This document shows positions 24,710-35,581 of a stretch of DNA of 64,000 nt, piece after piece (position 1 is the first letter of the stretch; every line of letters begins with the position of its first letter). A program made the position numbers and the translations under genes. The notes beneath the pieces were generated by a model. The model saw only the letters and a program-made list of their open reading frames with translations, made no database searches and was not told the origin of the DNA. Origin of the DNA: Cyanophora paradoxa CCMP329 (Eukaryota; Plantae; Glaucophyta). The stretch spans positions 1 through 64,000 of the forward strand of contig QPMI01000178.1 in the NCBI GenBank assembly GCA_004431415.1, written 5' to 3'.

Positions 24710-27700
24710 ATGGTCCCAGCACCTGCGCCTGGGCGTCTCAGTTCTCACTGCTTGAGCTGACCGCGGGCTCTCTCCTCGTTTCTTCCCGCTGCAGAAATCG
24801 AAAATTCGCTTGAACAACTACCTGAAGATCTCCGCACTAAGAATGTCGAAGCGCTCTTCAAGCGCGTGATCCCTGCGCTTGGCGTGAGCTCCTGGCGGAT
24901 CGAGGCGGACGGCTCAGTCACAGACGAGTCCGCCCGCGCCGACGATCGCAAGCTAGGAGAGCCCAAGCGAAGGTCTTTGCGATCTGCCGAGGCGTACGCC
25001 GGCGCGTCCTGGGCATCCCTTCTGGGAGCGAAGGCGAAGGGGGGTCCCGCCAGCAGCGCTCAGACCGCGGGCGCTTCACCCCTTCAAGGTTCGCCCCTTT
25101 CTTTCTCTCTCTTTCTTTATCGCTTCTTTTCTCCGGTGGCGCTGATCCCGGGCGGCATTTCTTACCGCTTCCGCCCCTCTGATTTTCTCTTTCGAAGTTC
25201 GTTTGAAGTGTCTGATCGCCGCCGCAGGGGCGTCGGCTGTCGTATCCCTCCCTGAGGAGGACCAGCGGCTGTTCGGGCGCGCTCCGCTGACAGACGCGCT
25301 CCGGATCGTTTACTGCGTACACTGCAACAAGCCCCTGAAGGCGAACATGGCCGCCGCGCACATCGGTCCGTCTCTCGGCGTCCTCTGCCGTCGCGCGCGC
25401 CCACTGTCCGCCTGCAGCGAAGTGCGAGGCGAACCCGCCCGACCCCGCGGAGCTCGCGCGCGCGAACCGCGGGGCGGTGAAGCGGGGGCGGGAGAGCGAG
25501 GCGCTGCTGGCGGCTGCGGGTCAGCGCCCCGTGAAGAAGGCCAAGGGCGAGCTCGTGCTGCCACCCCCGCCGCCGCCGCGCGCCGCGTCTCTCGCGGGGG
25601 CCAAGGCCAAGGCCGGGCGGGCCAGCGCCCCCGCCGAGGTCGCCATGCCGCCGCCCCCGCGCAAGGCCGGCTCCGCTGGCGCCCCGGCGGCCCCTCCCGC
25701 GGCCCCGGCCGCGCCCGCTCGCCGTGCGGCCCCGCCCGCCCAGCCCCCACCCGCCCCGCCTGACGCCACCGCAGCGGAGCGGCGGGCGCCGGCGCCGACG
25801 GGCCCGCAGCCGCTCGCGGCGGGGCGGAGCTTCGAGACGCGCATGGGCCGCCTGGCGCGGGCCGGCGGCATCGTGACGGCGGACGCGTGCAAGCGGATCC
25901 ACCCCGACGAGGAGGGCGAGGCGCCGCAGCCGTACCGCGAGATCCTCGCCCCGCCCATCAGCGAGCAGGAGCGGCAGGCCGCCGAGGCGGCGGCGGCGGC
26001 GCAGCAGGCGGCGCAGCTCGCGGCCATGCAGGCGGCGCTGCAGGAGGAGCAGGCGCGGGACAACCAGCGGCGCGCCGTCAAGGGCGGCCGCTCGCTGCCC
26101 GGCATGGAGCCGGCGCCCGAGCCGACAGCCACAGCCGCCGCTGCAGCGGCGGCGGCGGCGGCGGCGGCGGCGGCTGCCGCGACGGGCGTCGGCGCGCAGG
26201 GCCGCCTCACGAAGAAGCAGCGGGAGGCGCTGCAGAAACAGGCCCGCGAGGCGGAGCGGGCCCAGCGGCTGGAGCCGCCGCCGGCGCCCTCGGCCGTGCA
26301 GCACGCGACGCAGCCGCAGACGAAGCTTAGCAAGAAGCAGCAGCGCGAGCTGGCCGCCCTCCAGATCCACTCGGAGACGCCGGTGGAGGAGCCGGCGGCC
26401 GCCGCGCAGGTGAACACCCCGGGGCCCTACGCGGCCGCCGGCCAGCGCACGGCGGACAAGGGCAAGAAGGGGCAGCTCAAGAACAAGCGCCGGCTCGCGG
26501 GGGAGGAGGAGGGTGCCCGCGCGCGCCGCCCGACCCGCGCCCCCGTGCGCCCGCTCACGGCGCCCCGCCTCCGCAGCGGCGGCGGCGGCGGCGGCGGCGG
26601 CGGGGGGGGACAGGAGGGCGAAGCGGCGGACCTTGCGGCGCAGCGGGGGCGGCGGCGGGCCAGCTGGCGATCAGCGTGGCGCAGGCGCAGGCGGCGGCCG
26701 CCGCCGGCGTCCACTCGCCGCACCTCTCGCCGTCCACTTCGCTGCACTCGCCGGGCGGGCTCTACGCCGCCGCGGGGCTGGACGCCGCCGCAGCGGCCGC
26801 GGCGGGCGGCCAGGCGGCGGCGGCGGTGGCGGCGCAGCAGGCGGCGCAGCAGGCGGCGGCGGCGGCGGTGCGGCGGCAGCAGCAGATCGCGCTGCTCCAG
26901 CAGCTCGCCGCCACGCAGGTCCCGCTCCCCCGCGCCCCCGGCCTCGCCGCTCCCCCGCCGTCTAACGCGGCCGTTTCCTCTTCGAACGCAGGGGACGGAC
27001 GTGGCGACGCTCCTTGCGAACCCCGCCATGCAGCAGAACGCCCTCCTCCAGCACCGCATAAACCTCGCGGCGCGCCAGAACCAGCTCGCCCAAGCCGCCG
27101 CCGCGGCCGCCGCGGCGGCGGCGGCGCGGCGGACCCCGCGGCCGCGGCCGCGGCGGCGGCGGCGGCGGCTGCGGGGGGCAGCCGCGGGCGTCGATCACGG
27201 CGGCGCACCTGGCGAACCTGACGCCGGAGCAGCAGGCGAACCTCCTCGCCGCCCTCCAGCGCCGGCAGCAGCAGGCCGCGCAGCTCAACGCGCTGCGCGC
27301 CCAGCAGGGCGGCGCCGCCGCCGTCGCCGGCATGCGCGCCAACCTCGCCGCCGGTCCGCCCCGCCACCCGTCGCGCCCCCCGCCCCGCCCCACGCGCGGC
27401 CTATAACGCCGCGCAGCATCGGCTGGGTGGTGAACCCGGCGGCGGCCCAGCTCCTCCTCCAGCAGCGCCTGCAGCGCATGCAGGCGCGCCCGCCCGGCCC
27501 CGCCCGCCCGCCCGCCCCGCTGATCCGAGAGGGCGCAGGCGGCCGCCGCGCAGGCCGCCGCGGGGGCGGAGGAGCGGCCTCTCCCATCCAGCTGGGCGCC
27601 CTGGGTTCGCGTCCCCAGGCCGCGGCGCCGGCGCCGACCCCCGCTGACTCGTGGGCGGGCGCGCAGCGAGCCTGCAGGCGCTGCGGGCGGCCGCCGGCGG

Positions 27701-28164
27701 TCAGGCCGACCTCAGTCTCTCCGGCAATTTCCTGAAGCTTCAGCAGGAGCAGCAGGTGCCGTAGCCCTCCCCGCAGGCCCCACGGGGCGCGCGCGGGGCA
27801 CCCCTCACGCTTCCGCCCCCCGTATGCAGGCGCGGATGCGGCAGCAGCAGGCCCAGGCGCAGGCGGCCGCTATGGCGGGGCAGGCCGCCGAGGCGGCGGC
27901 GGCGGCCTCCCCGCCCCTCTCCCTGCCCGCGATGAGCCCCACGCAGGCCGGCCAGGCGCGCCCGGCCGTACCCCCTCAACCGCCTTGAACGACGCCTGAC
28001 CCGCCGCCCCGCAGCTCGCGCAACAGACGCGGTTCCTTGCCGCGCAGCAGGCCGCTCAGGCGCAGGCGGCCGCCGCCGCGCAGGCTGCCGCCAAGGCACG
28101 CCCCGCGCCCCTGCGCCCCGCTCCTAGGCCGGTCCCTCCCTGATCCCCGCCGCAGAGGCGCTGA
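24710..28164 (+). CDS. Ataxin-7/Sgf73-like SAGA DUB-module subunit (N-terminal Zn finger, Pro/Ala/Gln-rich tail); start uncertain
   Basis: The exon at ~25229-25366 reads LPEEDQRLFGRAPLTDALRIVYCVHCNKPLKANMAAAHI, resembling the ATXN7/Sgf73 N-terminal D..FG..P..D...VxCxxC....K......H finger. The last exon AGGCGCTGA ends at 28164. Confidence 0.6.
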
Positions 28165-28808
28165 TGAGGACCGCGGCCCGCCCCGAGCCACTCAGTCGTG
28201 CGCAAGCAAGCCGAGGGACGGATACCCCATTGGGCCGGACGTCCGGCGCATGCGCCATTGTAGTTTACTTTTGTTTCCCCGTTGACCATCCTCACCCCCC
28301 CCCCCCCCCCCCCCCCCTCCCTCCTTCATCTCGCCATCCGAGCTGCCCCCCACTGGGCCACTTCCGACCATGTATCGGGAGCTCTAGTACTAGTGCCGCC
28401 CATGCGCTTGATTTGGGCGTATACAGATAGGATCGGTTAACGTTTAATCAACGTTCAAGCTAGCGCGCTGACTCGACTGGGGCCATGACCCCGGACAATC
28501 GGGGCGCCGACCAAGCACGCGCTGCACACCTCATATGCATGATCAGTGAACTTGAAAGCATGCACGATCCGCCTGTCTCTAGCACTCTCTACCTAGCCTG
28601 CGTAAACTCATGATCATGCATAACTCGTGAACTTTTGCGGGGCCGCGGTTTGCAATTGTCCGCCGGCGCCGCGCTGCTGCAAGCGTGCCTCCGCCCTCGA
28701 CATTCCGCGGCGCCGAGACCGCGCGGACTTGACTGCCTGGAAGTCGCTGCGAGCTGGGCGGGCGCCGCTCACGCGCGCGGACCGAGCGGCCGGGGGCCAG
28801 GCCCACGA

Positions 28809-29313
28809 TCAGGAAGCCGCCCGCAGCCGCGTGACGAGCGCGCGCTCTACGAGGCCGCCGAGCATCGGCTCATCGCTCGGCAAGTTGCAGCTGACGAAGA
28901 AAGGCTTGTCGAAGCGCTTGGCTGCGCGTCGTCCGGTCAGACGCGGCTCGGCGGGGCAGACCGCCGACGCGGCGCGGCGCGCACCGAGGCGCTGCGCGAG
29001 GGATTTGCCGGTGTCGTCGTGGCCATTCGCGGCGAGCAGCGTGGTCGCGGCGGGGATGGAGTCCTGCGCGGGCGCATCTGAGCGGGCGACGGGGGGCAGC
29101 GGCCGGCGCGCGCACGAATTTGATAGGGAATGACACGTCGAGGTTCTGCAGCTTGGGCGGCGACGTCCCGACCCACACGAAGAAGCTGTCCGTCAGGTGG
29201 GCGATCTGGAAGTGCAGCGATGTCTCCCCGATCCGCTCCTCGAACGCATCGATGCGCAGGCGCGATTCCGCCGGTCGTACGTCGGCCGCGGCGTCGCCCG
29301 CCGCACCAGCCAT
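28809..29313 (-). CDS. PSMG4: Proteasome assembly chaperone 4 (PAC4)
   Basis: Three exons: ...FEERIGETSLHFQIAHLTDSFFVWVG...LQNLDVSFPIKF | DSIPAATTLL...KSLAQRL | AKRFDKPFFVSCNLP...LVERALV*. First intron 29064-29115. Confidence 0.85.
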
Positions 29314-29476
29314 CAGCTTTATTCGCGTACTCCGGTCGAAAGCTCAGCAGCAGGCAGGCGGGGTTTCTAAGGAAGGCGGTGCTTCCAACGGAGCTTTCAA
29401 CGTAGCTAAGCGCTTTTTCAAACTGGACCCGGCTGTCGGATCGCGCCCCAGGCGGAGCGCGGTCGTCGCGGCGCTG
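29314..29476. promoter_or_regulatory. Putative bidirectional promoter (PSMG4 / GT2)
   Basis: Head-to-head ATGs ~163 bp apart; the gap is locally more AT-rich. Confidence 0.45.
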
Positions 29477-30802
29477 ATGCCCGGCCGGCGGCGCCGCCCT
29501 CTGCCATCTCAGCCGCTTGAATCTGGATCTGCCGGCCCCGCGCTCTCCGTCATCGTCCCGTGCCTGAACGAGGAGAAGAACATCGAGAGGACGCTGCGGG
29601 AGGCGCGGAGCCGCGCAGCGCGGCGCGACGGGATCGAGTTCATCGTCGTGGACGGCGGCAGCTCGGACCGGACGGTCGCCGTCGCGAGGCGGTGTGGCGC
29701 GCAGGTCCTGACGCTGCCGCCGGGCGCGCCGCGCGGGCGCGGGTCGCAGCTGAACGTCCGCTGCCCCCGCCCGCCCGTTTCGCCTCCGCGCCGCCTGCGG
29801 CCGACACGCGAGCGCGGGCGCCGGCAGTTCGGCGGGAGCGCGGCGCGCGGCTCGAGCGTGCTGTTCCTCCACGCCGACACGGTCCTCCCGCCCCGATGGG
29901 ACGAGGACGTCGAGCGGGCCCTGCAGGCGAGCCGCCCCGCCGCGCCACGCCCCGGCTCCCTCCCTCCCTCTGTGGCCCGCGAACCGGGGCGCATCGGGGC
30001 CCGCCGCGCGTGCAGGAGCGCAGCGTGATCGTGGGCGCGTTCGAGCTGGGCATCAGGGACGACGAGACCGGGTCCGGGCCTGCGCCCGCGCCCCCGAAGC
30101 CCTCACCGCTCTTCTCCCTCGGCCTGCGCGGCGTCGAGCTGGCCGCCAACCTCCGCTCCCGCCTCCTCCGCATGCCCTACGGCGACCAGGCCCGCCGCGC
30201 ACGCGTACCCCCTCCGCTGTTCCGTACCCGTGACGGCCCGACAGGCGCTCTTCCTCCGGCGCTCCACGTTCGTCGAGGGGGGCGGGTTCCCCAAGCAGCC
30301 CCTCATGGAGGACTTCGAGGTACCCCTCTTTTCCGCCAACCCTCTGTACCCCCCATCACCCCTCCCCCGCAGCTGGTGAGGCGGCTGAGGAGGCGCGGGA
30401 ACGTTCACATCGTCCCGAGGAAGGTTCGCCCCTGCCCCGGCGGGGCGTGTACGTACCCCAGGCGCTCACTCCTCGCCCGCCGGCCGCGGGCAGGTCGAGA
30501 CGAGCGCGCGGCGCTGGCAAAAGTTCGGCATCCTCGGGACCACGCTCCGGAACCAGGCACGCCTCCTCTCCACTAATCTGCAAGCCCAGAGCCCGCTCAG
30601 TCGCGTACCCCCGCAGCTCACCGTGGCGGGGTACCTTGCGGGCGTACCCCCCGAGACCCTGGCGCGGATGTACTACTCGAAGCCCAAGTCGGCTCCCGAA
30701 GCCGGGCCCGGGGGGCGCCAAAGCCCCCCGCCGTTGCTTCAGAAGGACCCCAAGCCAGCGGCGCCCGGCCGCGGCGCCGAGAAAGCGAAGAGCGGCCGTT
30801 GA
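29477..30802 (+). CDS. Family 2 glycosyltransferase, TIGR04283-like
   Basis: Seven exons: LSVIVPCLNEEKNI, FIVVDGGSSDRT, GRGSQLN, VLFLHADT, RSRLLRMPYGDQ|ALFLRR, GGFPKQPLMEDFE|LVRRL, VETSARRW, TTLRNQ, GVPPETLARMY. Stop TGA at 30800-30802. Confidence 0.88.
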
Positions 30803-30941
30803 TCATGAGGCGTGTTTGAACGCGAACGGGCGCCTGCATTTCATGTCTTCCTGCTTGAAAACGGGTACAGAGGGCGAGGGGGGTAGTCTACGCTAGCATG
30901 GCTGCATCCTGTATCCAGGAAGGATCGGGGGGTAGTAGACA

Positions 30942-33464
30942 TTAGTCGACGGAGAACACGGAGGAGCCGCCTGCGAACGAAGTGAGAGGGGGTACAGTCG
31001 CAGGAGAGAAGGGGGTACGGCGAGCGAACCAGAGCCGTCCTTCTTGGGGGGCTTGGGGCCGGCGTTGTTCGCCGCCGGTGCGGGCGCCTCGCCGCCGGCC
31101 GCCGCGCCGCCGCTGCTGCGGACGGGAATCAGACCGCACCGAAGGGGTACAGGCGAAAAGAGAAGAAAAGAGTACCCCATGCCGGCGAAGAAGTCCTCGG
31201 AGAGCTTCGTGACCGCCTCCACGACCTCGGGGTCGTTCATGTGGCTGGGAAGGAGAGGGGTACGGTGTCAGACGGAGGGTACGAGAGGGGAGCAGGGGCA
31301 GGGGGGTACGGTCGCCCGCACTTGAAGATGGCGAGGGGCCCCTGCGTCTTGATCTCGTCGATGATGCCCGCCATCTTGGGGTTCTGCTTGAATTGCTGCG
31401 AGCGAAGTCAGGGGGGGTACACGCGCGAGAAGGGGCGCGGGCGCGGGGCGGGCGGGCCTGCATGGCGGGGCTATCCTCGAACTTCTTGCTCATCTCCGCC
31501 ATGTTCGACCCGGACCCGCCGAAGAGACCGCTCAGCTGTGAGGGGTGGCGGGGCCGGTGAGAAGGCGGACGGGGCACAGAGGAGAGGAGGCTCACCTGAG
31601 CGAAGGGGTTGCCCGCGCCGCCCGCCGCGCCCGCCGCGAGGCCCGCCGCGAACGGGTTGGGGGGGGCCGCCGCCGCCGCCGCGCCGCCCGCCGCCGCGCC
31701 GCCGCCCGCCGCCGCGCCGCGCGCCGCCGCGCCGCCGCCCTGGAACATGCCCATCATCTGCTGCGCGCTGCGAGGAGACGGTCACGAAACGCGAGGCGGA
31801 GCAGCCGCGCCGGCAGCGGAGCCGCGGCCCTACAGACGCACAACTGCTGCACGCCGGGGTCGGCCAGCATCTGGTTGGCCATCTGCTGGATTGCCGGGTT
31901 GTTCAACATCTGCGGGCGGGCGGTCCCGGTCGGACCGAGCGAGCGAGCGCGAGGAGAGGGGGCGGGGCCAGCCCCGCCGCGCGCGCGCATGCGCACCTGC
32001 TCGAGGCCACCGAGGCCGCCAGCGCCGCCGGCGCCGCCCATGCCGGGCAGGCCGCCCATGCCCGGCATGCCGAGGCCGCCGAGGGCCGCCGCCAGCGGGT
32101 TCGCCGCCGCCGCCCGCGCCGCCGCCGGAGCCGTCGCCTGAACGTTCGCCTTCGCCTGCGCGCGCCCGCGGCCCGTCAGGAACCGAGGGGCCGCAAAAAG
32201 CCGCCGCCGGGGTTCGAACCTGTGCCTCGACGATGCTGCGGGTGAGGCCGGAGTTGGTCGGGTCGAGGGCGAGCGCCTTGGCGTAGCCGCGCTCGATCGC
32301 CTCCTTGGGCTGCGGGCGCGCGCGCGCGATCGAATCCGAGTCGAATTTGATCCGGCGCGGGCTCGCGCTCGGGCACCTTGCCCATCTCGAGGAGTGCGGT
32401 CCCGAGGCGGCTGTACGCCTTCGAGTACTTCGAGTCGCAGCGGATGGCCGCCTCGCAGTCCTCAGCCGCCTGCCGCACCGTCAGCGGCGGCGGCGGCGGC
32501 GCACGCGGGCGGCGGCGCGGCGGGAGGGAACCGCGCGCCTTCGCGTGCTCGTTCTTGTACGAGTACGCCGCAGCGCGGTTCGCAAAGTAGACGGCAGAGT
32601 GCCCGTTGATCGCTATCGCCTGCGCACGCGCGTGCGGTGAGTCGCGTGCGTGGGCCGGCGCGGGCGCGGGCGCGGGGGCGGGCGGGGCCGACCTTGGAGT
32701 ACGCATCGATGGCCTCGTCGTACTTCTTCTCGTTCATCTTCGCGTTGCCCTCCGTCTTCAGCGCCTCCGCCTCCTTCACCTTCGCCTCGTCCAGCGGCTC
32801 CTGTCTCTCGCTCGGTCAGCGCTGCGGGGCCGGCGGCGCGGCGCGGCGCGGCGTGCTCGCCTTCGGCTTCTGAGAGCGCTCGCGGAACTTGGCGCGCGCC
32901 TGCTCTACGCGGTCCGAGTACTCTGCACGTGAACGCGGTCATACGACGTCGCCGGTCGCGTGGCCGTGCGGCGGGGCGGCGGCGCGCCCTTCGTGCCGTC
33001 CTGCACGCCATCGAAGAAGCCCTTGCTCTTGAGCAGCGTCAGGAACTTCTGGAACTCCTCCTCGCTGCCCTCGCCTGCAGATGGCGACGGTTCAGGCGAG
33101 GCGGCCAGCGCGGGGAGGGGTCGGCGCGCACCGGCCGCAGCCTTCAGACCAGCCTGGAAGACCTCCGGGAGGGTGTGGGGCTTCAGAGACAGCTCGGTCT
33201 TGTCGAGAGAGACGCCGAACTGCGCCTGCAGGCACTGCGCGCGGGCGGTCGGCGCGCGATCGGCGCGTCCGAAGCACGGTGGCGTCCTCAGGTCGCCCGC
33301 CCGCGGCCGGGCGCCACGCGGGGCGGAAGATTCTAGGAGATAATTGGGGCGCGGGGCGCCCGAACCTGCACCGCGACCTCCACGCCCTCCGCATCGGCTG
33401 CCGACGAACCGACCGTGTCGCGCAGGTACTCCAGAATCGCGTAGTTCAGCTTTTCGGCCGCCAT
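30942..33464 (-). CDS. SGTA: Small glutamine-rich TPR co-chaperone SGTA/Sgt2
   Basis: N-terminal dimerisation motif YAILEYL...EGVEVAVQCLQAQFGV; TPR region AEALKTEGNAKM...AVYFANRAAAYS...DSKYSKAYSRLGTA; STI1-like MLNNPAIQQMANQM and MNDPEVVE. Confidence 0.88.
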
Positions 33465-33531
33465 CTCCTTCGACGAACTGTACCCGTGCCGCGCTCGCCC
33501 CCCGGTCAAGGCTCCCAAAATCCCAGCGCCC
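33465..33531. promoter_or_regulatory. Extremely short divergent intergenic region (SGTA / F-box)
   Basis: 67 bp between the inferred ATGs. Confidence 0.45.
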
Positions 33532-35547
33532 ATGACCGCTCCGGGCAATTCAGATGGTGCATTCGGTGCGGGTCCACCTCCCGCGACGCATGCCGACGTG
33601 TACGCGCAGCGACGGCTTCGGAGCCGGCCGGGCTGCTCAGCCTGCCCGCGGACGTGCTGCACGGCGTCTTCGAGCTCCTGGGGCCCGTCGAAGCGCAGCG
33701 GATCCGGGCCGTGAGCGTCGCGCTGCGGGCCGCCGTCGACTCCGTCGTGTGGCGGTCGCCGGCGATCCGTGTCCGCGGCGCCCGCGCCGTCGCGTCCCTG
33801 GAGCGGCGAGTGCGCTTCGGACGGTTGCGCGCGACCGGCGCGTCCCTCGCGGTCGCGGGCGGCTTCGGGCCCCAGCTGCAGCCGGGAGAGCCGGCGGCCG
33901 GCGGCGGCCCGGGGCCAGTGCGGCGGCCGGCGTTCGACCTGCTTCGGGCCTGCGGCGATCCCGCATCGGCGTTCGGCCTGCGCTCCGTGTGGCTGGAGGC
34001 CGGGCCGGGGGAGGACGTCGATGCCGGGTCCCTCGCGCTGACGGCGCTCTCCCGGCTCGCCGGCGCCGCCGCCGCCGGCCTCGAGCAGCTCGAGATCGTC
34101 TGCGAGGAGTGCAGCGCGGACGGGGCCGAGCTCGAGAGCCTGGGCCCGGAGCTGCGCGGGGCGCTGGCGCCCTTTCCTGCCCTCTCCGCCCTCCGCCTGC
34201 CCGGGGGGGCGCTCCTGGCGCCCGAGGGGGCGGCCGCCCTCGCCGCCGCCCTCCCGCGGCTCCGCTCCCTCGCCGCCCGCGTCTCCGGCGGCTCCTGCCT
34301 CGCCGCCCTCGGCGACCGTTCCTCCCTCCAGGAGCTCGAGCTCCTCGGCAGGCGAGCGTTCCCCCGTGGCCTGAGCTTTCGCGTACCCCCCTCCCCCCCC
34401 CCCCCCCCCCCCCCCCGAGAAGCGCGCGCGGCCGCAGGCTCCCCGGGCGCTTCGAGGCGGACCCCGCCGGGCCGGGATTCGCCGCCCTCGCCTCCTCCCC
34501 CGCCGGCCCCTCCCTCCGCCGCCTCCGCGTCAGGCGAGCCCGTACCCCTCCCGGAAGATGCCGTAACCCCCCTTACCCCGCGCCCCGCAGCTGTACCCCG
34601 CACGTCTTCTGGTGGCCCGAGGCCCTCGGGTCCTTCCCCGCCCTCGAGGATCTGGAGGCGCGCGTACCCCCTCCCAACCCGACGCCCCCGATGAGAGCCG
34701 CGTACCCCCCCCCCCGCAGATCGTGAGCGGGGGCTGGGGGCCCTCGTCGAATCCGGCCTGCATCGCGTCCCTCCCGCGCCTCCGCCGCCTCTCCGTCCAC
34801 ATGGAACACGTACCCCTTTCCCCGCCCTCCGCCCCCTTAAGCTTCCCCCTACGAATCCCTCACGGGCGGCCGCCGGCAGCGGACGCCGCACGACCGGGCC
34901 TGGGGCCTCGCCCGGGCCCTCGCCGCCCTCCCCTCCCTCCCCCGATTCGACTACTCCGTCCGCTCTCGTGCGCCGGGCTGCTCAGCGGCTCCCGAGCCCC
35001 GCGCCCCTCCCGACCCTCGCGGCAGTGGCCCCGCCCGAGGCGCTGGAGGCGGTCCCGGAGAGCGTCGTGGAGGTCGTCGAGGCGGCGCGCGCGCCCCTGC
35101 GGCGGCTGCGCCTGGAGTCGCCGGGGCCCCTGCGCCTCGCCGAGTCCTCCGCCGTCGCCAAGTGCGAGAATGTGAGGAGGCCCCGCCCCCTCCCCCCGGC
35201 ACCGAGCACCCTAGAGCCTAGAGCTGGCCCCCGCGGCTCGTGGAAGAGAACGCCGAAGCGGAGCGGGCGGCTAGAACCGCTTCAAGGTGGAAAGAAAGGC
35301 CCCTGCCGTCCTCCTGACCCTGGCGTCGCGCTCGCCCCTGCGGGGCCAGGCGGAGCGGGTGGAGCTGGAGCACGCCTGCGGGGCCCTCGCCCACGCCGAC
35401 GCCTACCGCTTCCTGCACCGCCTTTCATGCGGGAAAGGCCTCTCCGTCCGCGTCCGGGTGCCCCCCGGGCTCGAAGCGCCCTTCGCGGACCGCGTGCGCT
35501 CCCTCGTGCCCGGCGCCGACGTGTGCTGTACCCCCGACGGCACGTGA
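33532..35547 (+). CDS. F-box / LRR-like protein
   Basis: After intron 33557-33609: GLLSLPADVLHGVFELLGPVEAQRIRAVSVALRAAV (F-box), then LRR-like FPALSALRLP, LPRLRSLAAR, LQELEL, LPRLRRLSVH. Stop at 35547. Confidence 0.75.
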
Positions 35548-35581
35548 ACCCGAAGGCCGGGCGAGCCTCGCGCGTGTTCCA

